Notes: generated by a model from the letters alone, not told the origin. A stretch of 64,000 nt of DNA from Candidatus Bathyarchaeia archaeon (GCA_050010515.1 JBEKKX010000013.1:47330-111329); one strand, 5' to 3'; positions 47,409 through 57,111 are shown, numbered from the stretch's first letter. Made by a program: numbers and translations.

Positions 47409-47580
47409 TTACTTGTGTTTTCTGAAAACCTTGTTGCTTCCGAAATCGCAGACAAACTCAAAACCGACTTCTAAAAGTTGACAGGGTTTCCTCTTCTGGC
47501 TGTTCCGCACTGGCAACGAGTCATCCTGGTACTCATCGTTTTCTCTGCTTATTGTCATCCCTGCTTTTGAACATAGTAAC
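47409..47580 (-). pseudogene. C-terminal remnant of an archaeal tyrosine integrase
   Basis: Fragments YYVQKQG, ENDEY and CQLLEVGFEFVCDFGSNKVFRKHK* resemble, from recall, the L[IL]E.GFE[YF]VC.......FRK.K tail of Bathyarchaeia integrases; the stop is 27 nt from repeat copy 4. Confidence 0.6.
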
Positions 47581-47718
47581 TTTAATAATCAAAGCTGTAC
47601 TAAAAAAAATAATTGGAGAGTAGACCCCCTTCGTCTCTATCTCTGTGTATCTCTAGGGCATAAGTTAAAAAACAAAAAAAGGAACCAAAGAGGTTAAGAG
47701 CTTGGTTTCTTAGGTTTC

Positions 47719-48870
47719 TTAAAAGAAACTTTTTATGGGTGAATCATCGTCAACGGCTGCAGATTTTATCTCTTGAATTTTCGTTTTTGTTAAAGCTTTA
47801 ATATTGTTGAAGTCTGACATTTCACCGTAGCTTACCAGCGTTATGGCTGTCCCGTCTTCTCCTTTGCGGGCGGTTCTTCCTATGCGATGGAAATATATCA
47901 GCGAATCCATGGGCACATCATAGTTGATAATATGCGTTATGCCCTCGATGTCTAAGCCTCTTGCCGCAACATCCGTTGCCACGAGTAAGCTGAGTCTGTC
48001 TGAGCGAAAGTCGTTGATTGCGCGGTCTCTTTGAGCTTGGGTAAAACCAGCGTGCAATGCCTGCACTCGGAACCCTTTCCTGTATAGTTGCTCTGAGAGT
48101 CTGCTTGTTTCCCTGCGTGTTCTACAGAAAATTATAGCTTTATCCACCCGTTCGTTGCGGATTATATCGCAGAGAGCATCAAATTTGCCATGCTGATTAA
48201 CGATTGTGTAGAACTGCTTCATCTGAGTTAATGCAATCTCGTCTTTGCTGACAAGGATTTTCTGCGGGTTCTTCATGTACTTGTTGCAGACTTTCATTAC
48301 TGACGGGTCAATTGTCGCTGAAAAAAGGCTTGTTTGCCTATCATGCGGTGTTTTTGAGAGAATAAATTCGATGTCTTCTATAAAGCCCATGTCAAGCATT
48401 CTGTCGGCTTCATCAAGAACCACAATTTTAACAGACCCAAGGTTTAACACTCGCCTTTCCATAAGGTCGATCAATCTGCCAGGCGTGCCGACAACAATGT
48501 GGACACCGCTTGCTAAAGCATGTATTTGCTTGTTGATTGATTCTCCACCATAAACAGCTAAAACTTTCAGCCTATCATATTTCGCAAAACAAGCCATGTG
48601 TTCGGCTACTTGCACAGCTAACTCGCGTGTTGGCACTAAAATCAAGCCTTGAACACCGCGAATTTCACGGTTTAACCGTTGAACCATGGGAATGCCAAAA
48701 GCAGCTGTTTTTCCTGTTCCAGTTTGTGCCTGCCCGATAACATCTTTGCCTTCGAGCAAGGGTATTATTGCTTGGGCTTGAATTGGAAAAAGACTCTCAA
48801 ACCCGAGTTCTTCTATACTTCTAAGGACTTCACTAGTTAAAGGTAAGTCCTTAAACGATTGAATTTGCAT
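47719..48870 (-). CDS. DEAD-box RNA helicase
   Basis: AQTGTGKT, PTRELA, TPGRL, DEAD, SAT, ARGLD, HRIGRTAR. Confidence 0.97.
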   Translation of the reverse strand: MQIQSFKDLPLTSEVLRSIEELGFESLFPIQAQAIIPLLEGKDVIGQAQTGTGKTAAFGIPMVQRLNREIRGVQGLILVPTRELAVQVAEHMACFAKYDRLKVLAVYGGESINKQIHALASGVHIVVGTPGRLIDLMERRVLNLGSVKIVVLDEADRMLDMGFIEDIEFILSKTPHDRQTSLFSATIDPSVMKVCNKYMKNPQKILVSKDEIALTQMKQFYTIVNQHGKFDALCDIIRNERVDKAIIFCRTRRETSRLSEQLYRKGFRVQALHAGFTQAQRDRAINDFRSDRLSLLVATDVAARGLDIEGITHIINYDVPMDSLIYFHRIGRTARKGEDGTAITLVSYGEMSDFNNIKALTKTKIQEIKSAAVDDDSPIKSFF

Positions 48871-49182
48871 ATATTATTTTTTCTCCTGCCACAGAACTTT
48901 TTCATGGTTTCTCTAAAAGCTTCAGGAGCTTTGGGGTGATACATGAGTTAATGTGACAACCCAACAGTCGGGTTTGGCATATAAAAACGTTTAGCATGAT
49001 TTCAGGCAATTGGATACATATAAAAAATAGGTTTTCGTAAAAAACAGTACTCAACTCTTCTAAAATGACAATTTTTAATTGTGATTGTCAGGGCTCAGTC
49101 ACATAATCATAAAAGTAATTGAATTATAATCTGTTTCAAGACACAAAGTGCTTGAACGTTTAAAATTTGGGAGATTAAAAAA

Positions 49183-49459
49183 ATGAGTAAAGCAAAAGCC
49201 AGAAAAAAACCGCCATCATACTTTTACGAAGGTCCTCCTTTAAGTAAACAAGAAAAGGAAGAGGAAACAGACGACCCCTATGATACCGACGAAAGAGAAG
49301 CAAATGCTGGATGACGATGAAATCACCGCTGCTGAAGAAGGCTTCATGAAGGGACAAGAACAGGAACCGCCAAGCAAAAAAGAAACACGCAAAACCGCCA
49401 TCAGCCACGATGACTCAATTTCGGTTGAATTAGCCAAAGAAGACAGCGAAGAAAATTAA
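49183..49459 (+). pseudogene. Small acidic protein, frameshifted by one extra base near 49298
   Basis: MSKAKARKKPPSYFYEGPPLSKQEKEEETDDPYDTDERE continues in another frame as QMLDDDEITAAEEGFMKGQEQEPP...EDSEEN*; length 277 nt. Confidence 0.6.
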
Positions 49460-49640
49460 CCAACCAGCTAAACCATGCTTCACAGTCTTTAGCGATTTTC
49501 AAGAACCTTACGGTTTATCCTCTTTAGTGGCAAACTTATAACTATTGAGCGTTACAAAATTATGTTTTGATACAATTTTGATCCTATCATTAGAATAACG
49601 GCTGTTTTAGGTTTATCCTACCATTAACCATAAAAGGCAG

Positions 49641-49666
49641 AAAGCCTCATGATTGCATGAGGCTTT
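49641..49666. promoter_or_regulatory. Perfect inverted repeat upstream of the YHS gene
   Basis: AAAGCCTCATG-ATTG-CATGAGGCTTT, 10 nt before the ATG. Confidence 0.5.
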
Positions 49667-49676
49667 AAAAAAAATA

Positions 49677-49823
49677 ATGACGTTTAGAGATCCAGTTTGC
49701 GGCATGGTTCTTAACGAGGATACTGCTAAATTCAAAATTACTTATGAGGGCGAAACCTACCATTTCTGCAGTCTCGTTTGCAAGAAACGATTCAAGAGGC
49801 ATGCCACAAAATTCGTCAAATAA
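49677..49823 (+). CDS. YHS/TRASH-domain protein (48 aa)
   Basis: MTFRDPVCGMVLNEDTAKFKITYEGETYHFCSLVCKKRFKRHATKFVK*. Confidence 0.88.
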   Translation: MTFRDPVCGMVLNEDTAKFKITYEGETYHFCSLVCKKRFKRHATKFVK

Positions 49824-49871
49824 TATTTTGCTTTAACCAAAAAAAAGAAAGGGATTGGTTGTTTTTTTAGT

Positions 49872-50621
49872 TTACTTGAAGATTTTCCAGACAAGAGCAG
49901 CTATTACTCCACCAATTATCGGAGCGACCCAAAAGACCCAAAGCTGACTCAACGCTGTACCACCAACAATAAGTGCTGGTCCTAAGCTTCTTGCAGGGTT
50001 TACTGAAGTGCCATCTATGGGTATTGCCACAATGTGAATAAGCGTTAATGTTAAGCCAATAGCTATTCCAGCGAATCCTTTAGGTGCTCTTTCATGGGTT
50101 GAACCGTGAACGACGAGCAAGAATAAGAATGTTAAAACTACTTCCGCAATGAACACAGAAGCCAAAGAATAAGTGGAATACTGGTTTGCGCCTAAACCGT
50201 TAACGGCTAAACTATACGATGAATTTCCTATGACTATCGCATAAAGTATGCCTGCACCAATTATTGCGCCCACGCACTGAAAAACAACGTAGAACACCGT
50301 ATCTTTTGCGCTTAGTTTTCCAGCAACAAACATCGATATTGAAATTGCTGGATTTATATGACAACCGGAAATGCTGCCTATCGTGTAAACCATAACTAAC
50401 ACAGCAAGACCGAAGGCAAAAGCTACCCCTAGGTTTCCAACGCCAACAACCGTTCCCGATTTTCCAATGTAATAACTCGCAATAACTGCACTGCCGCAGC
50501 CCATCAGCACTAGCACCATAGTTCCAATCAGTTCAGCGATGTATTTTTTTGTAGGATTAATTTGAGGTGTTGCCCCTGGCGGGTTTGGTATTTCTGTCAA
50601 TTTTTTTTCTACTTCGCCCAT
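49872..50621 (-). CDS. aqpZ: Aquaporin (MIP family)
   Basis: SGCHINPAIS and GTSVNPARS NPA motifs, WVFWVAPIIG. Confidence 0.93.
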   Translation of the reverse strand: MGEVEKKLTEIPNPPGATPQINPTKKYIAELIGTMVLVLMGCGSAVIASYYIGKSGTVVGVGNLGVAFAFGLAVLVMVYTIGSISGCHINPAISISMFVAGKLSAKDTVFYVVFQCVGAIIGAGILYAIVIGNSSYSLAVNGLGANQYSTYSLASVFIAEVVLTFLFLLVVHGSTHERAPKGFAGIAIGLTLTLIHIVAIPIDGTSVNPARSLGPALIVGGTALSQLWVFWVAPIIGGVIAALVWKIFK

Positions 50622-50695
50622 TTTTTTCCCCTTTTTTCTGATTTAGCTCTCTGTTTTCTAAGTTAGCGCTTATAACGGTTTCCATGAAGAAAGGC

Positions 50696-51973
50696 CTAAA
50701 GTTTCTCGCTTGCTGAAATATCCATCATCATTAAACCCGAAACCATCTTGGGGTAAAAATCTGTGCTTTTTTCAGGCAAAAGTTCATGTTGCTGCGCTAT
50801 CTCCGCAACGGTTCGGGCGCTAATCGGGTTAACCAGAAATGCGATGCTGGCTTCTCCACAGTTAACTTTATCCACCGCTGCCTTTGTCCATCGCGTGTAG
50901 ATGATGTTTTCATCCATGTTTAATTCGCCTGTTTTGAGGATATGCTTGAAAACGATGTCTCGAAGTATGACTACATCGAAAATTTTTGTTTCTTTAGAAA
51001 CTTTAGCCTTCACAAAATCATAAACGTCTTTGTCATGCTTCAAGGATAAACCGTAAGCTTTCAAACCGTTATAAACGCAGAAAGCATGCTCATTAACATG
51101 GCTTTTCAAAAAATCCTCTAGGGCTTCTACGGTCGCCTCAATTTCTGAAATGTCAAAGAAGCGTTTGAACTCTTGCAAAACTTCATTAGTTAACTTAAAT
51201 TCCTTAAGGAGCCTGTGAGTGGGCAAAACAACAAGCCCTTCTTCTTGAACTGGCACCATGTAGCTCATGTGGAAATTAAACGCTGAATTCGCTGTCCAAT
51301 TTCCTTTGCTGCGCATTTCGTCTCGGTAAGCTAATGCGCTCTCGTACCTGTGGTGTCCATCAGTTATCACCATGGTTTTGCCGTTTAGGTCTGCTTGCAG
51401 CTGCTTTATTTTTTGTGGGTCAGTAACTCTCCAAACGGTATGCTTAACTTGCAATGAGTCAGTAACTTGGATTATCGGTTTAGTTTTCGCCACTTCCTGC
51501 AGGAAGGTGATTGTTTTTCGTTCTGGGTCAGAATAAATTAGAAACACTGGTTCAAGGTCTTTTTGGACGGTGCGCAGCATATTTAATCGGTCAGCTTTTG
51601 GAGCTTTGTACGTTCTTTCGTGGGGGAACACCATGTTTTCGCTGTACTCGTAAAGGCGCAGGGCAGCGATTAACCCTGTGCGCTCGTATTTTTTGCTGTC
51701 TAAGGTGAATTCTTGGCGTGAAACGAAAACTGCAGGTTCGTTTTCCCTAGCTAATATGTCTTCTTTTAGCCACTGCTCAATCCGCTGCTGTGCCATTTGG
51801 TACTTGTTTTCTTCCATTGGCAGAATCAGTCGGCAATAATTGTAGGGTGATTTCTGGTAGTATTCTTTTTGCTGTTCCGAGTCTATTTTATCGTATGGTT
51901 GAGTTATGAGGTTCTCTGGGGTACCTGCTTTTTGCGTGTACCGTATGGCTTTAAAGGGTCTAATGTCAACCAA
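50696..51973 (-). CDS. DUF1015-family protein
   Basis: IRPFKAIRY, QPYDKI, FPHERT, ITDGHHRYE, PEKSTDFYPK. Confidence 0.9.
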   Translation of the reverse strand: MVDIRPFKAIRYTQKAGTPENLITQPYDKIDSEQQKEYYQKSPYNYCRLILPMEENKYQMAQQRIEQWLKEDILARENEPAVFVSRQEFTLDSKKYERTGLIAALRLYEYSENMVFPHERTYKAPKADRLNMLRTVQKDLEPVFLIYSDPERKTITFLQEVAKTKPIIQVTDSLQVKHTVWRVTDPQKIKQLQADLNGKTMVITDGHHRYESALAYRDEMRSKGNWTANSAFNFHMSYMVPVQEEGLVVLPTHRLLKEFKLTNEVLQEFKRFFDISEIEATVEALEDFLKSHVNEHAFCVYNGLKAYGLSLKHDKDVYDFVKAKVSKETKIFDVVILRDIVFKHILKTGELNMDENIIYTRWTKAAVDKVNCGEASIAFLVNPISARTVAEIAQQHELLPEKSTDFYPKMVSGLMMMDISASEKL

Positions 51974-52883
51974 ACGTTTCAGCCCGCGGTGTTTTTTCCA
52001 GCGCTTCTATAACTGCTTTAGCTATTTGTACACTTGCCTTTAACTGCGCTTCATATGTTTGAGCACCGACGTGTGGTGTGGCAATCACGTTGTTTAATGT
52101 TAAGAGTTTGCTGTTTTTTGGCGGTTCTTCCTCAAAAACGTCCAATGCTGCGCCTTTAACCTTTCCTGATACTAATGCTTCGTAGAGTGCATCTTGATCT
52201 ACGACTCCGCCGCGGGAACAGTCAATTAGCATTACGCCGTCTTTCATCATGTTAAACTCTTTTGTGGAAATCATGTGTTTGGTATGGAGCGTTAATGGTG
52301 TGTGGATTGTGATGAAGTCTGCTTGGGGCAGCATTTCAGCTAGGGGCACAAATCGGTCGTAGACGCATTCTTCAACGGGGAGCACTTTCATGCCCAGGGA
52401 TATGGCTAAGCGTTCAACTGTTTTTCCAATGTAGCCGCAGCCGATTACGCCCAGCGTTTTGCCGTTGACTTCTGTGCCAATTAATTTTTCTTTTTCCCAT
52501 TTACCCTCACGCAAGCTTATGGTTCCTTGTACGATTCCTCTTGCGAGCGCCAGCAAGTGACCTATTGTTAATTCTGCAACGCTCATGTATGAAACATGCG
52601 GAGTGTTCACCAAGGCGATGCCGAGGTTTTTGGCTTTTTCAAAGTCAATGTTGTCTAAGCCTTCGCCTGCGCGTCCGATTACTTTGAGCTTTTTCGCATT
52701 ATCTAAAAGTTCTCCTTTAACTTTGGTTGCTGACCTTACGATTAATACGTCATAGTCAGCTATTATTTTGGGAAGTTCAGTTTTCGGCGTGTCCCATGCT
52801 CGGGTTACTTGATAGCCTTTTTCTTCGAGAAGTTTTATGCCTTCTTCGAATATTTTGTCGCTTATGAGGATTTTGAATGTCAT
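51966..52883 (-). CDS. serA: D-3-phosphoglycerate dehydrogenase-like 2-hydroxyacid dehydrogenase
   Basis: IVRSATKV, GRAGEGLDNID, GVIGCGYIG, ALDVFEEEP, TPHVGAQT. Confidence 0.85.
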   Translation of the reverse strand: MTFKILISDKIFEEGIKLLEEKGYQVTRAWDTPKTELPKIIADYDVLIVRSATKVKGELLDNAKKLKVIGRAGEGLDNIDFEKAKNLGIALVNTPHVSYMSVAELTIGHLLALARGIVQGTISLREGKWEKEKLIGTEVNGKTLGVIGCGYIGKTVERLAISLGMKVLPVEECVYDRFVPLAEMLPQADFITIHTPLTLHTKHMISTKEFNMMKDGVMLIDCSRGGVVDQDALYEALVSGKVKGAALDVFEEEPPKNSKLLTLNNVIATPHVGAQTYEAQLKASVQIAKAVIEALEKTPRAETFG

Positions 52884-53956
52884 GTTAATTCCCAAATAGA
52901 ATCAATTATGCTTATGACTTCTTTGATTCCTGGCAGGTTCCATTCGCCCAGGTGTCCGATGCGGAAGGTCTTCTCAGATAGTTTGCCGTAACCGTTAGAT
53001 ATCATGTAGCCTTTCTCGCTGAGCTTCTGGTTGAGTTCCTTAACGCTTTTGCCAAGAGTGTTTTTTATGCAGCTAACAGTTATCGATTCATAGCCTGGTT
53101 CAGAGAACATCTCAAAATGTTTTTTTGCCCACTGTTGTGTATATTGAGCCATTTCCATATGGCGCTGGTAAACTCTGTCGTATGTTTCTTCTAGTAAAAG
53201 GTCCATGCGCTTATTCAAAGCATAAATTAAGGGTATGCATGGGGTGAAGGGTGTTTGGTGTTTTTTCTCAAACTCGAAGATTTCAACAATATCCGTGTAT
53301 GTGCCTCTGTTTGGCACTTGCCGTGCTCTTTCGATTGCGCGGTCGTTGACTAATGCAACCGTTAATCCTGGTGGTAGAGCGAAGCATTTTTGGGTTGAAG
53401 CAAAAATGATGTCGCAGCCGATTTCTTCGGGTAAGGTTTTGTCCCCTGCCATCGAGGAAACCGCGTCAATTGCGTAGATTACGTTTGGGTATTTTTTGCG
53501 TACGAGTTTGCCTATTTCGCTTATTGGGTTTCTTACCCCTGTAGAGGATTCATTGTGGCAAACCGTTAAGGTGTCATATTCACCGCTGTCAAGTTTTTCA
53601 GCTATCATTTCTGGTTTGACAGCTTTGCCCCATTCAACCTCTAGAAAATCAGTGTTTTTGCCGCATGCACGTAGGGTTTCAGCATATCGTTTGGAGAAAG
53701 CGCCGTTTACGCATGCGAGTGCTTTTTGTTTAACTATGCTTCTGCCGATTATGTCAAACCAAAGTGTGCCTGATGAAGTTGTAACTGTAGGCTTGACATC
53801 TGCAGGTAACTCGAAGTATTTGCTTAGTTTAGCGGTTATTCCGCCGTATAGGTCTGAGAATTCTTTCTCTCTGTGACCAATAAGGGGGTGAGTTTGCTCG
53901 TTGAGTATTTCTTGGCTGACTTCTGTCGGGCCAGGAATCAAGAGTTTCTTGTGCAT
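52880..53956 (-). CDS. Class V PLP aminotransferase (probable phosphoserine aminotransferase role)
   Basis: LLIPGPTEV, HNESSTGV, DAVSS, STQKCFALPPG, FRIGHLG. Confidence 0.88.
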   Translation of the reverse strand: MHKKLLIPGPTEVSQEILNEQTHPLIGHREKEFSDLYGGITAKLSKYFELPADVKPTVTTSSGTLWFDIIGRSIVKQKALACVNGAFSKRYAETLRACGKNTDFLEVEWGKAVKPEMIAEKLDSGEYDTLTVCHNESSTGVRNPISEIGKLVRKKYPNVIYAIDAVSSMAGDKTLPEEIGCDIIFASTQKCFALPPGLTVALVNDRAIERARQVPNRGTYTDIVEIFEFEKKHQTPFTPCIPLIYALNKRMDLLLEETYDRVYQRHMEMAQYTQQWAKKHFEMFSEPGYESITVSCIKNTLGKSVKELNQKLSEKGYMISNGYGKLSEKTFRIGHLGEWNLPGIKEVISIIDSIWELT

Positions 53957-54187
53957 GCCTGAATCCTTCCAGCAAGAAGGTTTAACATTTAAAATATAAG
54001 GGTTATGTGCGGTAAACAGTGTCTTTTTGCCTTCAATGGCTCTCAAACTCTAGCGTGTTCACTAGTCAAACCAGCAATTAACGGTGCAAAACTTGTTTGT
54101 CAATTTGGAATATATCGAGATTGATAAGCTTATTCATAAATACTTGCACTAAATCAGTATTTTGGAGAGAAAGGAGAAGGCGGCCCC

Positions 54188-54532
54188 ATGCTAAAAACAG
54201 AGGTAATCCCATGTTTTCTTCTTATCTTCATGGGCTCCATAGACTGCTTAACCACCGTTATAGGTGTTCTATACTCTGGAGCTACCGAGTTAAACCCCTT
54301 CATGGCGGGCATAGTTAACACAAACATTGGAGCCTTTTTAGTCGTCAAAATTGTAGCTACTATATTCATAGCTTTTACATACCTTTTAGCAAACAGAACT
54401 TTAACGAAAACCCAGAACAAAAGCAGCAAATCCTTCAAATATTCTTACCAATTCTTAAAAATTGCTTATGTCGGCATCATGGTATTTATGGTTATGGTAG
54501 TTGCAAATAACCTTTTAATCCTCTTGGCGTAA
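54188..54532 (+). CDS. DUF5658-like small membrane protein
   Basis: DCLTTVIG...GATELNPFM, FLVVKI, VVANNL. Confidence 0.7.
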   Translation: MLKTEVIPCFLLIFMGSIDCLTTVIGVLYSGATELNPFMAGIVNTNIGAFLVVKIVATIFIAFTYLLANRTLTKTQNKSSKSFKYSYQFLKIAYVGIMVFMVMVVANNLLILLA

Positions 54533-54710
54533 GCAGAAAGATAGGGCAAAAATTTGATCTTTTACTTCCCAGTTAACCCGATGATTTACAATATAGATTA
54601 GTAAAACATAAATTAAATATTAACGCGTATTATAGTTAGAATTTAGAGTTAAAAAATTAAGAAATGCTTAACTGTTGCAACCTTTAATACTATGTGGTTG
54701 AGAGAGGAAA

Positions 54711-55199
54711 ATGAAATTTAGCCTATTCCGTAAACCCAAACAACAAGCAGAACCCGAAAATGCAGCCGTGCCTCCAGAAGAACCCAAAGAAGAATCAGCC
54801 GCTGTCTCCGAAGAACCGAAGCAAGAAGCAACCGCGCCTCAGCAACCTGCGCCAGCACAAGAAACCGTGGTGCCCTCACAAGAGCTAAAACAAGAAGCCG
54901 CTGAAACCATAAATAAAACTTACCTCAAAGCTATGCCTCTCAAAGAATTAACCGATATTGATAACGTAAAAAATGAAGTTAAAAACGGAAACATTATCAT
55001 TTTACGGGTTACGCCTCTTGCAAACAAAAGCATTGACGACGTAAAGAACGCTGTAAACCAGCTCTACGAATTCGCCGAATCCGTAGGCGGCGACATTGCA
55101 CGCTTGGGAGAAGAGCGAGTGGTTATTTGTCCAAAAAATATCCGGATTTGGCGCGAAAAAACGCCGGTTTCTAATGAGTCTTTGCCTACAGCAGCCTAA
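54711..55199 (+). CDS. sepF: Cell division protein SepF
   Basis: VKNEVKNGNIIILRVTPL, VGGDIARLGEERVVICP; low-complexity linker. Confidence 0.85.
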   Translation: MKFSLFRKPKQQAEPENAAVPPEEPKEESAAVSEEPKQEATAPQQPAPAQETVVPSQELKQEAAETINKTYLKAMPLKELTDIDNVKNEVKNGNIIILRVTPLANKSIDDVKNAVNQLYEFAESVGGDIARLGEERVVICPKNIRIWREKTPVSNESLPTAA

Positions 55200-57111
55200 A
55201 AGTTTCTAATATTGCTGGAACAACGGTGTTAATGCCTATTTTGTTATCTAAGTAGTTAGCGAAGCTTATGGTCTTCTGTTTTTCTCCATGGCAAACAAAT
55301 ATTCGCTCAGGCTTAGGCGTAAGATGGGTCAAATAATTAACTAGTTGCCGCCTATCCGAGTGACCTGAAAATCCTTCAATTGATTCTACCTGCATTTTAA
55401 CCTGTAGCGCTACCATTTTGCCTTCGTTGTCCATCATGGTTACTTCCCCTACGCCTTTTTGGACTCTTCTGCCCATGGTGCCTTCAATTTGGTAACTGAC
55501 AAAAATTATCGTGTCCCTCTCGTCGCCTGCCCAGTTCTTGAAGTACTCTATTACTGGTCCGCCTTCAAGCATGCCTGAAGTCGCCAAAACAATGCATGGT
55601 TCTCCTTCAATGATGCTTTGTCTAACGCTTGGATGCTCCACGATTGTGAAGTAGTCGCTTTGGAATGGGTTGATTCCTTCATGTAGGATGCTGTGGCGGA
55701 CTTCTCTGCCTAAGTATTCTGGGTAGGCTGTGTGGATGGCTGTTGCTTCGCTGATCATGCCTTCAATGAAAACTGGTGATTCTTTCATGAGACCGCGTTT
55801 CATGTAGCCGTCGATTATGAGCATGATTTCTTGGGCTCTGCCGACTGCTGGTACTGGGATTAGGACTTTGCCTTTGCGTTCTAAAGTTTGATTTATGATG
55901 CGTGTCATAGCTTCTTCAGCTTCAACCCTGGAAGGCATAATATCATCTGCCCCACCGTAAGTGCTCTCAGTAATCACAGTCTCAATGCGCGGAAACTCCG
56001 TGGCCGCAGCTTCCAACAGCATCGTTCGGGCAAACTTGTAGTCGCTTGTGTAAACAATGTTATGTAAGCCTTCGCCAATGTGCAAGTGAACCATAGCACC
56101 GCCCAAAATGTGACCTGAATTATGAAGTGTCAAACGGATATCGGGCGCAATGTCGGTGACAACACCATACCTAAGTGGAATCGTGTGCAAAACGCATTCG
56201 CGAACATCTTTTTGGTCATAATGCGGTGTAACACCCTGCTTGCCGGCTACGTCCAAATAATCCAACTGAAGCATAGTCATCAAATTCGAAGTTGGTCCAG
56301 TACAGTAAATTGGTCCATCATAACCATACTTGTATAGGAACGGCGCTAAACCGCAATGGTCAAGGTGAGCATGGCTAATAACCACAGCATCCAAAGAATC
56401 TATCTGGAATTCTGGGCAATCAAACCTTGGAAACGCTTCAAAAGGCCGATTTGAACCGGGATTAATGCCGCAGTCTAACAGTACACTGCTTTCTCGAGTT
56501 TTAATTAGGAAGGCTGAACGTCCAACTTCTTGTGCTCCACCGAGAACCGTCATGCGTACGTCGCCTACATCGTAACTTTTTGGTCTAAAAATTCTCTCGC
56601 CCACAGTTCGGAGGATTCTTTCCCTCTCTTTGCTTTCAGAATGCATGTAATGGCGCATGTGAGTAACAATCTTGGACTTAATCGGTGGGCTTCGCAGAAC
56701 ATGTGGGCGCCACTTTGTTTTCTTTATAATTTCTTGCAAAACCGTCCCGTTTCTTCCAATCACCAAGCCAGGCTTTTTTGTTTCAATTATTATTTCGCCA
56801 AGGCTTGGGTCAAAGTTTATATCGGTAATTTCAGCTTCAGGATCGATAAGTTCTCGAGCGATTTTTTCTGCCTCAATCTCCGGCATTCTAACTGACGGGT
56901 CAGGGCGTATAACTATTCTTTTGCGGATTACTCCTACGATTTCAGCCACTATGCTGCTTTGATCAACCAAAATCTCAGGTTTCTTAGTGTAAACCGCAAG
57001 CATGGGCCCTTCATATTCGATTCTGGTTACTTCTGCCTCTCTTGGAACTTTCTCCAAAATGTATTGGCTAATTTCTATTTTTTCTCTATCTTTTTCTTGG
57101 GTTCGCGCCAC
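55186..57111 (-). CDS. fttA: beta-CASP ribonuclease aCPSF1 / termination factor FttA
   Basis: N-terminal KH domains, GGAQEVGRS, SHAHLDH, ESTYG, GRAQE, GFSGHSD, CHGE. Confidence 0.96.
   Translation of the reverse strand: MARTQEKDREKIEISQYILEKVPREAEVTRIEYEGPMLAVYTKKPEILVDQSSIVAEIVGVIRKRIVIRPDPSVRMPEIEAEKIARELIDPEAEITDINFDPSLGEIIIETKKPGLVIGRNGTVLQEIIKKTKWRPHVLRSPPIKSKIVTHMRHYMHSESKERERILRTVGERIFRPKSYDVGDVRMTVLGGAQEVGRSAFLIKTRESSVLLDCGINPGSNRPFEAFPRFDCPEFQIDSLDAVVISHAHLDHCGLAPFLYKYGYDGPIYCTGPTSNLMTMLQLDYLDVAGKQGVTPHYDQKDVRECVLHTIPLRYGVVTDIAPDIRLTLHNSGHILGGAMVHLHIGEGLHNIVYTSDYKFARTMLLEAAATEFPRIETVITESTYGGADDIMPSRVEAEEAMTRIINQTLERKGKVLIPVPAVGRAQEIMLIIDGYMKRGLMKESPVFIEGMISEATAIHTAYPEYLGREVRHSILHEGINPFQSDYFTIVEHPSVRQSIIEGEPCIVLATSGMLEGGPVIEYFKNWAGDERDTIIFVSYQIEGTMGRRVQKGVGEVTMMDNEGKMVALQVKMQVESIEGFSGHSDRRQLVNYLTHLTPKPERIFVCHGEKQKTISFANYLDNKIGINTVVPAILETFRLL

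Larger units (their letters stand above)
18344..47580. mobile_element. Tandem genomic-island zone anchored at tRNA-Arg(CCT)
   Basis: Four direct repeats of the tRNA 3' end (20445, 36698, 37870, 47336), an integrase remnant at 47409-47580, an IS remnant and accessory cargo. Confidence 0.6.

Noticed and set aside
48930-48975. GGGTGATAC and AACAGTCGGGT resembling the transposon end motif
   Set aside because: Partial matches only, with no TGTTAA half and no terminal GGTTCTG; could be chance
54745-54900. Repeated GAAGAACC units in sepF
   Set aside because: They encode the low-complexity EEPK linker
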